A stretch of 42,382 nt of DNA from assembly GCA_051439365.1 (NCBI GenBank), contig JBFRWC010000300.1:1-42382 (forward strand). The letters are read 5' to 3'. This DNA comes from Leptolyngbyaceae cyanobacterium (GTDB lineage: Bacteria > Cyanobacteriota > Cyanobacteriia > CAKZMO01). The notes beneath the pieces were generated by a model. It worked only from the letters and a program-made list of their open reading frames with translations, was not told the origin of the DNA and did not search any database. The translations under genes and the position numbers were made by a program. Below are positions 15,556-24,237 of this stretch, one piece after another (the first letter of the stretch is position 1; the number at the start of each line of letters is the position of its first letter).

Positions 15556-16215
15556 CTATCGCCCCCGATCATGCAGTGCATGAATTGCATCAGTGCAGCG
15601 CTGGGTCAGATCCAATAAGACAGAACGATCGCTCGATTCCGGTGGATCAATCGGTTTCCCAATTCGCACTGTCACCGGCACCGATTGGGGCAAAGCTTTC
15701 CCCTTGATCAGAACATCCTGAGTTCCCCACAAACTCACAGGTAACAGAGGAACTTGAGCCTTTGCCGCAATCAAAGCTGCTCCCAACTTGGGCGAAGGAA
15801 TCCGAGCATCGTTGGTGCGGGTGCCCTGGAGAAAAATGCCCACTGCCCAACCTTTTTCCAGGCGGGCTAAGGCAGCCCGGATAGCAGAGCGATCGCCCCC
15901 GCCTCGCTTCACTGGATAAGCCCCATAAAGCTGAATCGCTTGCCGAAAGACAGGAGTTCTAAACAACTCCTCTTTAGCCATATAGGCCACGGGACGGCGA
16001 ACACAATTTGACAACAATGGGGGGTCAAAATAACTAGCATGGTTACTAACCACCAACAATGGTCCCTGTAACGGCACCTGATCCGCCCCATAAATCTGGC
16101 CCCGAAAATAAGTATGGAGCATGGGACTGACCACACTCCACTTCAGTAGATGATACAAGCACAGACTGGACCAGGGTTCACGCGGTTGGCTCATGGATGC
16201 TCCACTGTCAAGCAT
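15556..16215 (-). CDS. plsC: 1-acyl-sn-glycerol-3-phosphate acyltransferase
   Basis: 219 aa. HX4D motif in VVSNHASYFDPP. It is the last gene of the plsX-fabH-fabD cluster. ATG 16194 is an alternative start. Confidence 0.85.
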   Translation of the reverse strand: MLDSGASMSQPREPWSSLCLYHLLKWSVVSPMLHTYFRGQIYGADQVPLQGPLLVVSNHASYFDPPLLSNCVRRPVAYMAKEELFRTPVFRQAIQLYGAYPVKRGGGDRSAIRAALARLEKGWAVGIFLQGTRTNDARIPSPKLGAALIAAKAQVPLLPVSLWGTQDVLIKGKALPQSVPVTVRIGKPIDPPESSDRSVLLDLTQRCTDAIHALHDRGR

Positions 16216-16270
16216 TTAGAATTGTAACAAGGGGAAAATATCTGAGAATCCAGACAAGAACTGAGAACGA

Positions 16271-17152
16271 TTAAGGTGCGATCGCTGCCAACCCACTGAC
16301 ATTCCCCAAGCCCATGCCCTTGCAAGTGCGTTTCATTAACCCAGTGAGTACCTTGCCGGGACCAATTTCTTGCATGAACTCGACTCCTTCAGATTCCAGT
16401 TGCAGGGCAATCTCGCGCCATCGTACCGCCCCCGTCATTTGCCGAGCCAATCGTTGCTTAATCAATACCGGATCGGTGGTGGGATTGGGGTCAACATTAG
16501 ACAATACCGGAACCTTCGCTTCTGCAAATGCCACCGCGTCCAACAGGGGTTGATAAATGCTAGCTGCTTTCGCTAACAAAGGAGAATGAAACGCTCCACT
16601 CACCTTAAGCAGCACTTTCCGTTTGGCCTTGAGGGTATCCATCACTCCCTGCACTGCTTCAGGGGTTCCCGAAATCACTACCTGGCCTGGGCTATTGTCA
16701 TTGGCTAAGACCACTCCATCAGTCTGTTCTAAAACCGCATCCAAGTCTTCCCGCTTAAATCCCATTAGAGCCGCCATCGCCCCTTCAGAGGCTTGACTCA
16801 TCAGTTGCGATCGCTGTTGCACCAATTTCAGCCCCGACTCAAAATCAAAGACTCCAGCCACATACAGAGCCACATATTCCCCTAAACTGTGCCCAGCGAC
16901 AAAATGAGGCGCGTGTCCTTGCTCCATGAGCAAGTCTGCCAAAATGCTTTCAATGATGTACAGGCAGGGTTGGGTATACTGGGTGCTGGATACTTTGTCG
17001 TCTTCGCTTTGGCAAATATCAAACACAGACCATCCTAAAATGGCCTCTGCTTGCTGAAACCGTTGCTGAGCATGGGGTATATTGCTCAGATCACTCCCCA
17101 TCCCCACTTCTTGTGATCCTTGTCCCGGAAATACCCATGCCGTTGTTGTCAT
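16271..17152 (-). CDS. fabD: Malonyl-CoA:ACP transacylase
   Basis: 293 aa. Motifs: FPGQGSQ, GHSLGEY and SGAFHSPLL. Confidence 0.95.
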   Translation of the reverse strand: MTTTAWVFPGQGSQEVGMGSDLSNIPHAQQRFQQAEAILGWSVFDICQSEDDKVSSTQYTQPCLYIIESILADLLMEQGHAPHFVAGHSLGEYVALYVAGVFDFESGLKLVQQRSQLMSQASEGAMAALMGFKREDLDAVLEQTDGVVLANDNSPGQVVISGTPEAVQGVMDTLKAKRKVLLKVSGAFHSPLLAKAASIYQPLLDAVAFAEAKVPVLSNVDPNPTTDPVLIKQRLARQMTGAVRWREIALQLESEGVEFMQEIGPGKVLTGLMKRTCKGMGLGNVSGLAAIAP

Positions 17153-17156
17153 TGCC

Positions 17157-18152
17157 TTACCCCCACTGGAAAATTGCTGCGCCCCAGGTTAAGCCAGCAC
17201 CAAAGCCAGCGGATGCAATTATATCACCTGGTTTAATCATTCCTTTGCGAACATATTCATCAAAGGCAATGGGAATGGACGCGGCAGATGTGTTGCCATA
17301 GTGAGCCATGTTGCTGATCACTTTTTCGCTAGGAACACCGAGACGTTGAGCGGCTGCGTCGAGAATGCGCTGGTTCGCCTGATGGAGCAGGAGCCAATCC
17401 ACATCGTCCACCACCAGTTCGGCATGGTGCAGAGCTTTGCTCACGACATCGGGGACTTGGCGCACGGCAAATTTATACACGTCTTGCCCCTTCATGGCGA
17501 TGGGGGCAAAGGTGCCTTGTTCCACGGTAATGCCATCCACTAATTCCTGACTCTGACTGGTGTAACCCAAGGTTAAACAGGCATTTTGAGTCCCGTCGCT
17601 GCGCAGCTCAAACCCCAAAAGGCGATCGCGCTCACTTCGTTGCATCACCACTGCCCCGGCCCCGTCGCCAAACAAAACACAAGTGCGACGATCGCTCCAG
17701 TCCACCCAGCGAGACAACACATCTGCCCCAATTAACAGCACATTTTGGTACACCCCAGTACGGATAAACTGAGCTGCTGTTACCATGCCAAAGATAAACC
17801 CCGAACAGGCTGCTGTCAGGTCAAAGGCCACCGCTTGAGTGGCTCCAATGGCTGCTTGCACCTTGCTGGCACTACCAAACAAATCATCAGGGGTAGAGGT
17901 CGCAAGAAGAACCAAATCGATGTCACTGGGTTGGAGGTTGGCCCTGGAGATCGCTCCCTCTGCGGCTTGAGCAGCTAGGGACACCAGGGATTCTGATGGC
18001 GAGACCAGTCGCCGCTGCCGAATCCCTGTCCGCGAGGCGATCCACTCATCCGAGGTCTCCACCATTTGACTCATGCCCGCGTTATCTAGTGATTGGGCTG
18101 GAGTGGCTGAACCACTCCCTAAAATCGCCACGCCATGTCCAACGTTTTCCAT
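17157..18152 (-). CDS. fabH: 3-oxoacyl-ACP synthase III
   Basis: Active-site motifs AACSGF, HQAN and GNTSAAS. ATG 18152 is preceded by GGAGAGTGAGG. The ORF-track start at 18158 is a GTG two codons upstream. Confidence 0.95.
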   Translation of the reverse strand: MENVGHGVAILGSGSATPAQSLDNAGMSQMVETSDEWIASRTGIRQRRLVSPSESLVSLAAQAAEGAISRANLQPSDIDLVLLATSTPDDLFGSASKVQAAIGATQAVAFDLTAACSGFIFGMVTAAQFIRTGVYQNVLLIGADVLSRWVDWSDRRTCVLFGDGAGAVVMQRSERDRLLGFELRSDGTQNACLTLGYTSQSQELVDGITVEQGTFAPIAMKGQDVYKFAVRQVPDVVSKALHHAELVVDDVDWLLLHQANQRILDAAAQRLGVPSEKVISNMAHYGNTSAASIPIAFDEYVRKGMIKPGDIIASAGFGAGLTWGAAIFQWG

Positions 18153-18208
18153 CCTCACTCTCCGCCCTAGGGCTGACTTGCTAACTTGATCTCACCTGCT
18201 GGCGATCG

Positions 18209-19255
18209 CTACTCATCCTCAGAAGGCTCGGCCACGCCTGCTGCCACTTTTTGGGGTAACGATTGCATTTGCACCAGTACCTGCTGCTCTACCGCTTCTT
18301 TGGCAATCCGAATCGCATTGAACACTGAAGCCGCACGAGAACTCCCATGACCAATGATGCAAACCCCATTCACCCCCAACAGCAAGCCTCCGCCATATTC
18401 TGTATGATCCATCCGTCGCTTAATCTGACGCAGATTGGGCTTGAGAATGGCTGCCCCCACCTTGCCGTTCACCCCTTTGGGCAACTCTTCCTTAATAATT
18501 TGTAGTAATGAGCCACCAACGGCCTCGGCAAATTTGAGCAGCACGTTGCCAACAAATCCGTCACAAACGATCACATCAAAGTCGCCCGACAACACATCCC
18601 GCCCTTCCGCATTACCCTTGAAGGTGATGCTGGTATTTTTTTCTAAACGGCTATAGGCCCGCAGAGCTAAATCATTCCCTTTTGACGACTCCTCACCAAT
18701 ATTGAGCAGTCCCACCTGAGGATTAGGGCGACCCAACACACTCCGGGAGTAGACGGACCCCATGATGGCAAACTGCTCCAAAAACTTGGGTCGACAATCG
18801 ACGTTGGCTCCCACATCTAGGATCAAAACGGGTTTGTCAGATTGAACGGTGGGGAACACGGCCCCAATGGCAGGACGATCAATCCCTTTTAACCGACCCA
18901 GACGAAGGAGGGCTGAAGCCATCACAGCACCGGAATGCCCCGCCGAAATCATGGCATCGGCCTGGTCTTGCTTGACCAAGTTCATTGCTATGTTAATCGA
19001 CGATTTTGGTTTGCGCCGCACCGACTGCAAAGGTTCCTCATCCATGCCAATGATCTCATCAGCCGGAACAATCTCCATTCCTGTCGAGTCATAGCCGCTG
19101 GCATCAAAGGCCATGGCGATCGCCTGGGGGTCGCCTACCAGTAGCACCTGTACCCCCAACTCGTCCCGTGCCCTGACTGCACCGATAACAATTTCATCAG
19201 GAGCATAATCGCCCCCCATCGCATCCAGTGCGATTCGTACTTGAGTTGACCCCAT
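18209..19255 (-). CDS. plsX: Phosphate:acyl-ACP acyltransferase
   Basis: 348 aa. N-terminus reads RIALDAMGGDYAP. The length is that of full-length PlsX, and it is the first gene of the lipid operon. Confidence 0.95.
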   Translation of the reverse strand: MGSTQVRIALDAMGGDYAPDEIVIGAVRARDELGVQVLLVGDPQAIAMAFDASGYDSTGMEIVPADEIIGMDEEPLQSVRRKPKSSINIAMNLVKQDQADAMISAGHSGAVMASALLRLGRLKGIDRPAIGAVFPTVQSDKPVLILDVGANVDCRPKFLEQFAIMGSVYSRSVLGRPNPQVGLLNIGEESSKGNDLALRAYSRLEKNTSITFKGNAEGRDVLSGDFDVIVCDGFVGNVLLKFAEAVGGSLLQIIKEELPKGVNGKVGAAILKPNLRQIKRRMDHTEYGGGLLLGVNGVCIIGHGSSRAASVFNAIRIAKEAVEQQVLVQMQSLPQKVAAGVAEPSEDE

Positions 19256-19386
19256 TGGACCTTGTGATTAAGAAAGCCTCAAAGATCTTATCAGATGGAC
19301 TCCCCCTCACAACGATGGACCCGAATCATTTTGGCGATATGGATGCCCAGTCACTAGAATCTACTCTTAAAGGAGAGTAACAACGC

Positions 19387-20118
19387 TTAGGGTTCTTCCC
19401 CCGGCTCTACAATGCGCTGGAATAGATACCCGGTGCCCCGTGCAGTCAAAATTAATTCGGGATTACTCGGATCATCTTCCAACTTGGCCCGTAACCGGGA
19501 AATGTGAACGTCCACCACCCGCGTATCAACGTGGCGTTCTGGCGTATAGCCCCACACTTCCTGCAAGATTTCAGATCGGGAGAAAGGCTCACCCGATCGC
19601 CCGACTAACAGTTCCAGTAAACTAAACTCCATCCCCGTCAGCCGAATCCGTTCCCCCCCTTTGTAAACTTGGCGCTTATTCGTGTCAATTCGTAAATTAC
19701 CCACCTGAATAATGCCAGAGCTAGGAATGCCCGTACTCGTTGCCTTGTCCACCCGTCGCAATACGGAACGAATGCGAGCTTCTAATTCCTTGGGTGAAAA
19801 GGGTTTGACGACATAATCATCGGCACCTAGCTCCAAGCCCGTAATCCGATCGGCCACGTCTCCCAAGGCCGTTAGCATGATAATGGGGACATCAGATTCT
19901 TTGCGGAGTTCCTGGCACACGCCATACCCATCTAACTTGGGCATCATCACATCCAGCACAACTAGGTCAGGAATTGCATCGCGGAACGTGTCTAGGGCCT
20001 CCTCTCCGTCAGCGGCTGTGACTACTTCGTAGCCAATCATCGACAGGCGAGTTTCCAAAATCCGTCGAATACTAGCTTCATCATCCACAACCAATATTTT
20101 TTCTTTATTCGCTTCCAA
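19387..20118 (-). CDS. rpaB: OmpR-family response regulator RpaB (Ycf27)
   Basis: KILVVDDEASIRRILETRLSMIGYEVVTAADGEEAL...VVLDVMMPKLDGYGVCQELRKESDVPIIMLTALGDVADRITGLELGADDYVVKPFSPKELEARIRSVLRR closely matches the RpaB sequence as I remember it. The apparent start is TTG, with GGAG 10 nt upstream. Confidence 0.9.
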   Translation of the reverse strand: MEANKEKILVVDDEASIRRILETRLSMIGYEVVTAADGEEALDTFRDAIPDLVVLDVMMPKLDGYGVCQELRKESDVPIIMLTALGDVADRITGLELGADDYVVKPFSPKELEARIRSVLRRVDKATSTGIPSSGIIQVGNLRIDTNKRQVYKGGERIRLTGMEFSLLELLVGRSGEPFSRSEILQEVWGYTPERHVDTRVVDVHISRLRAKLEDDPSNPELILTARGTGYLFQRIVEPGEEP

Positions 20119-20147
20119 TTGACTTACGCTCCGTTAATCTAACGATT

Positions 20148-20168
20148 CCTGTAACATTTTGTACTGTT
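20148..20168 (-). promoter_or_regulatory. HLR1-like direct repeat (candidate RpaB site) upstream of rpaB
   Basis: The minus strand reads AGTACAaaatGTTACAgg. These are two TTACA-type half sites with 10-nt phasing, 30-50 nt upstream of the rpaB start. The first half site is imperfect. Confidence 0.25.
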
Positions 20169-20535
20169 ATGGGGTGGGGATGGCAAGGCAACCCTAAGGG
20201 ATACACAATGGCATCGCAATATTGCCGCAATATTATTTAATACAGCTTCAGTAATATTACTTCACCATATTGCTTCACCCTTTATTTTGCCTAAGTGATA
20301 GACCCCTTTTCAATTCTAAGAGTGGTAAAGGTAAATATTTGAATACCAATTTTTTGTGTACTTTGTCACTTATGCTCTGCCTGAGGGTATCACGTTTAGA
20401 GATCTGAACTGACCTCTGAGCATAGGTTACAGACATTCTTAAGCTTTGCAACAACAGGCCGAAATGAGCGTTTGGCAGGAGTCACAATCGTTGCATTATT
20501 TAATATTTTTTTGGAAAAATTTACCTCGTCTAACC

Positions 20536-20577
20536 CCTCTCGCCCTGGTCCTCTCGCCCTGGTCCTCTCGCCCTGGT
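20536..20577. repeat. 14-bp tandem repeat, 3 perfect copies
   Basis: CCTCTCGCCCTGGT occurs at 20536, 20550 and 20564, then a degenerate tail ctcctctgcc. Confidence 0.9.
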
Positions 20578-20729
20578 CTCCTCTGCCTCAGGAAGAAGGG
20601 GCGAAAAGGTGAACACTACCAGGGTGCTGAACCGGAGCTAAAGCGGGGGGATAAATCGGGAGGCTGAAGTCATGGGTGAAAGGCGAGGTGTGTCATGGTT
20701 TCTGGCTTAGGAGGTGAGCTTTTGGGAGT

Positions 20730-21218
20730 TTATGGCCTAGTGGTGGACAGATCAGGGTGGGGACCATTGAACAACTCGAAAACGTGGCGACAGAAGCGTC
20801 TCAACTGATCTTGGATATCAGGATTGGGAGAAGTGTTGCCTTCGACTTGCCAGCGGTCGATGGTGGACAGTTGCCATTGTTTACCACGGTGATCAAATCC
20901 GGCCACTTCCATACCGATGGCACGAGGCTCAGAATGGCAGTGGGGTTGGGCAGTGGAATTAGATTGAGCAGTGAGTTCGCGATCGCTACACAGGCGAATT
21001 TGGACTAGAATGCTCCGGCTTTGGAAACGGTGGCTAAAGCCGGGTAAATGGAAACCAATATCGATGGAGTCGGGATCGACCAACTCACGGGTATCCTGAT
21101 CATTGGCCCATGGTTTAAGATCAGCCCTAGCATCGGGAAACTCAGCCTTGAAATGATTGACCACTGCTGCTATCTTGCTAGCGGTATCTACACTTTTTGC
21201 TTGTTCAGCCGCGTTCAC
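20730..21218 (-). CDS. Hypothetical protein, no recognised domain
   Basis: The ORF-track start (21233) is TTG. GAGGAG lies 7 nt upstream of GTG 21218, which gives a better start. The product is soluble with no recognisable motifs. Confidence 0.55.
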   Translation of the reverse strand: MNAAEQAKSVDTASKIAAVVNHFKAEFPDARADLKPWANDQDTRELVDPDSIDIGFHLPGFSHRFQSRSILVQIRLCSDRELTAQSNSTAQPHCHSEPRAIGMEVAGFDHRGKQWQLSTIDRWQVEGNTSPNPDIQDQLRRFCRHVFELFNGPHPDLSTTRP

Positions 21219-21520
21219 GGACACACTCCTCAATGCATTGTTGTCAAGTATAAGCGTTTAGATTTATAGAGAATAGTAACAATTCTGACGTAGTTGGGGT
21301 CGCATCATTGGCTACAACTTGATGGATTGGGCTTATATTTTAAGCTGAGATGCTGGAGTGTAGAGTGCCCCAGCATCCCGCTATATGTTGCTCAGCTTAG
21401 GTTTAAGCGTCTAAATCCAAATCAATCTCAATCTAGATATCTGATGAACAGGATGATTCTGGTGGTGTGTTTTACAGGTTATGTATTTTATTGGTGGCGT
21501 TTTACTCGACGGTTTGACAG

Positions 21521-23098
21521 ATGGCACTGAAGTCTCTCAAAGCCAGTATTGGCCTTCAGGCAAATAGTCTGGAAGATGCCCTTGTGTTTTTGTCCCAGCG
21601 CTTTTTACGGGAAACAAAGACGGGCTGTCGCGTGGTGCAAACACCAACGGAGGTTTGTGCGGCGGATGTGTGCCAACCCTTGATCGATGGTTGGATAGCA
21701 GGTCGGGTAGACTATGGCAAGGGGAAGATTGCCTTGGTGTTTCGCTCAGGGATATTGGGGACTGAGGCGGATATGTTGATTTATACCCCGAAGGAGGGCG
21801 ATCGCTTCCTTTACACCAAACCCAAAGTTGGAGATCCCATGTTTGCCTCAGAGATCCCCCCAAAGCCCTCCTCAAACCCTTCCCCCAAAGCCTCTTCTGC
21901 CAACAATGGTACCCATCCCAGTGGTTTGTCTCCTACCAGCACCCTGCCAGAAGCGTCGATGGGGCAAACAGTGGCGGCTTTGCTGCAACGAGTGCAAGCG
22001 CTAGATACAAAGCTCGATTCGCTGCTTGTCACCTCTCAGGCTCGGCCCAAATCGGGGAGCAGCCAGCCGCCTGTATCGTCTACGGCTCCAGGGTCCGGCC
22101 AAGCCCAAGTACAAGCCTTGGCCACGGCTTTGATGCGCCAGATGCAGGGCCAAACCCAACATCATCTTGGCCAGTACCTCACTCAGTATCTTGCCCAGCA
22201 GTTACCCCACCAGCTAGCGATGGCGATCGCCCCTCTCCAGCAACAGTTGGACGATCTGCAAGATCAGGTGGAGAACTTGGCCGATTATATTGCGGAACTG
22301 GATGTGGCCGATTTTGATGTCTCTCCTCCAGTTCCCCAAAGCAATGAAGAGTGGCTAGAACGGATTGAGGCCGCTTGGGGCACTGTGGGAGAGTATGAAA
22401 AATACAGCGCGAGTTACCGGGATGCCAATGCTGAAGCCCCGTTGCAGGAAACTCCCGACTGGATTGCCTTGTGCGAATTTGATTGGATCTGGGAACTGTG
22501 CCCCACCTTGGCGGATTTGTACCAGTTGATCCGAGGCGGCAACGGCATTGGAGACGATGGAGCTGATATTTTGCAACAATTTGGCCAACACATTGACCCC
22601 AAAACGGGTGATTCCTACTACCTGTATCAATTGGGTGGATATTCAGCGATGGAGGCCCTACGCCAAATCGCTCATAACCCAGACCATTCCTGGCTACCGG
22701 AACTTCAACAATTGTGGGCATTGTTGGGCGATCGCAACCACCCTATTTTTCAATTACTGGGCTGGGAAACTGAAGCGATCGCCGCCCTTGAATATCTTGT
22801 GTCACCGACTCGCCAAAGCTATAGTTCTAATCAGGCAGAACGGTCGTCTTCCGATCCCGGTTACAATGCTGGTTACCGAGTGGGAAACCCCTCCTCTGGC
22901 CCCACCTTGCGCGATTACCAAGCAATGCTGGACTTGGGTCCGTTTACTCCTATCACCGTCGAAACGATTAAACGGGCTTACCGACAAGCCATGAAGGCTG
23001 CCCATCCTGACGCAGGAGGGAGCAAGGAATACGCCCAGCAGGTCAACGCAGCTTATGCAGCGGTTATGACTCACTACTTTCCCGAAGTGGGCCAGTGA
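21521..23098 (+). CDS. J-domain (DnaJ-like) protein with large unrecognised N-terminal region
   Basis: 525 aa. The C-terminal ~65 aa reads LRDYQAMLDLGPFTPITVETIKRAYRQAMKAAHPDAGGSKEYAQQVNAAYAAVM and contains the HPD tripeptide. The middle is Ser/Pro-rich, then Gln-rich and helical. Confidence 0.8.
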   Translation: MALKSLKASIGLQANSLEDALVFLSQRFLRETKTGCRVVQTPTEVCAADVCQPLIDGWIAGRVDYGKGKIALVFRSGILGTEADMLIYTPKEGDRFLYTKPKVGDPMFASEIPPKPSSNPSPKASSANNGTHPSGLSPTSTLPEASMGQTVAALLQRVQALDTKLDSLLVTSQARPKSGSSQPPVSSTAPGSGQAQVQALATALMRQMQGQTQHHLGQYLTQYLAQQLPHQLAMAIAPLQQQLDDLQDQVENLADYIAELDVADFDVSPPVPQSNEEWLERIEAAWGTVGEYEKYSASYRDANAEAPLQETPDWIALCEFDWIWELCPTLADLYQLIRGGNGIGDDGADILQQFGQHIDPKTGDSYYLYQLGGYSAMEALRQIAHNPDHSWLPELQQLWALLGDRNHPIFQLLGWETEAIAALEYLVSPTRQSYSSNQAERSSSDPGYNAGYRVGNPSSGPTLRDYQAMLDLGPFTPITVETIKRAYRQAMKAAHPDAGGSKEYAQQVNAAYAAVMTHYFPEVGQ

Positions 23099-23249
23099 GC
23101 GATGGGATCATCTGTGGCGTTAGGGCCATTTCTTGTAAAAAAATTACCAACCTGCGGTGCGCTACGCTGGCGCTTTTCTGGTATGCCCTTTGGGCCATAC
23201 AGCACCCTACAGCTACAGCGGTATATTTTTTCTCGGAAATCACCTAGGG

Positions 23250-23705
23250 TCAACTCGGGTCTCTAGGCAGTTGCTGCAAGTGAGACACTAGGGCATGAAG
23301 GCCCAACTCATAGCTCTGGGCACCAAATCCACTGATCTGCCCTAGAACCACAGGGGCAATGTAAGAATGATGACGGAAGCTTTCCCGCTTGTAGACATTG
23401 CTGAGGTGGACCTCCACAGTGGGAAGTGCCACACCAGCGATCGCATCCCGGAGCGCTATGCTGGTGTGGGTGTAAGCCCCAGCATTGATGACGATGCCAT
23501 CATGAATACCACGAGCATCGTGGATGGCATCCACCAAAGCTCCCTCGTAGTTGGACTGCAATGCTGCCAACTTAACTCCTAGCTGGTCTGCGACCGAAGT
23601 CAGTTTAGCGTTGATCTCACTCAGGGTGGAATAACCATAGACGGCAGGCTCACGCCAGCCTAGCAAGTTCAAATTAGGCCCGTGGAGAACCAGAATACTA
23701 AACAA
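23250..23705 (-). CDS. aroQ: Type II 3-dehydroquinate dehydratase
   Basis: 151 aa. Motifs: [38 protein letters not shown] start. Confidence 0.9.
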   Translation of the reverse strand: MFSILVLHGPNLNLLGWREPAVYGYSTLSEINAKLTSVADQLGVKLAALQSNYEGALVDAIHDARGIHDGIVINAGAYTHTSIALRDAIAGVALPTVEVHLSNVYKRESFRHHSYIAPVVLGQISGFGAQSYELGLHALVSHLQQLPRDPS

Positions 23706-23788
23706 GATTCTTATCCTATGGATTCTAAAGGAGCAATGGCTTTGCTATTTTATAGTTTGTTCCTAAAGTTATTGACGCTCGACCGTTT

Positions 23789-23932
23789 TCAAAACCGTTG
23801 GCGGCTTCGCTTTTCGTTCACAGGAATCGGAATCAACTCTGGCTCAGCTTCGGGCTGTGGTCCCAGCAGTGAATCTAACAATTTACGAACGAGTTCCCTC
23901 AGCTTATCCAGCATCTCTTCGATGAAGTCCAT
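23789..23932 (-). CDS. Candidate 47-aa small protein (below the ORF-track cutoff)
   Basis: MDFIEEMLDKLRELVRKLLDSLLGPQPEAEPELIPIPVNEKRSRQRF is an amphipathic helix plus a Pro-rich basic tail. GGGAG lies ~10 nt upstream. Same orientation as aroQ and just upstream of it. No homology evidence is available. Confidence 0.3.
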   Translation of the reverse strand: MDFIEEMLDKLRELVRKLLDSLLGPQPEAEPELIPIPVNEKRSRQRF

Positions 23933-24237
23933 TGGCTAAGTAGCTCCCTATATAAACGTCAAGATTTGCACTATCACACCGCTGGAGTTCAACCTGCATT
24001 AATTTAAGACCTTGAGACCTTAAAATTGAGACAGTGCGTCTTCATTTCATAATAGCGAATTTTCTCAAATGATCAAGGCGATACAGCCGAGCAAGGATCT
24101 GAGGGCAAACTCATCTCCATATAACCCAAGTGACGTGTGCACTATGGAAGACCTAGAGCCAACGCTCTTTAGCTTCCGGATAGGTCTAAGTGAGAAATCT
24201 ATGACGAAATGTTTACTTATCTTAACACAGTGAGGCT

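Noticed and set aside
15212-15618. Three ORFs (15212..15583 +, 15358..15618 +, 15333..15590 -) encoding heptad-repeat peptides across the 21-bp array.
   Set aside because: They are open only because a 21-bp unit without stops keeps every frame open. They have TTG or weak starts and no RBS, and one overlaps the plsC 3' end. The most protein-like frame (DNLGKHG) has no start codon after an upstream TAG.
20446-20667. 73-aa ORF upstream of rpaB.
   Set aside because: It starts at TTG, runs through the 14-bp tandem repeat and has a low-complexity product (LALVLSPWSSRPG). It is most likely an artefact.
23682-23939. 85-aa plus-strand ORF overlapping the aroQ start.
   Set aside because: It overlaps the aroQ 5' end in antisense, has a Ser/Leu-rich low-complexity product and has no RBS.
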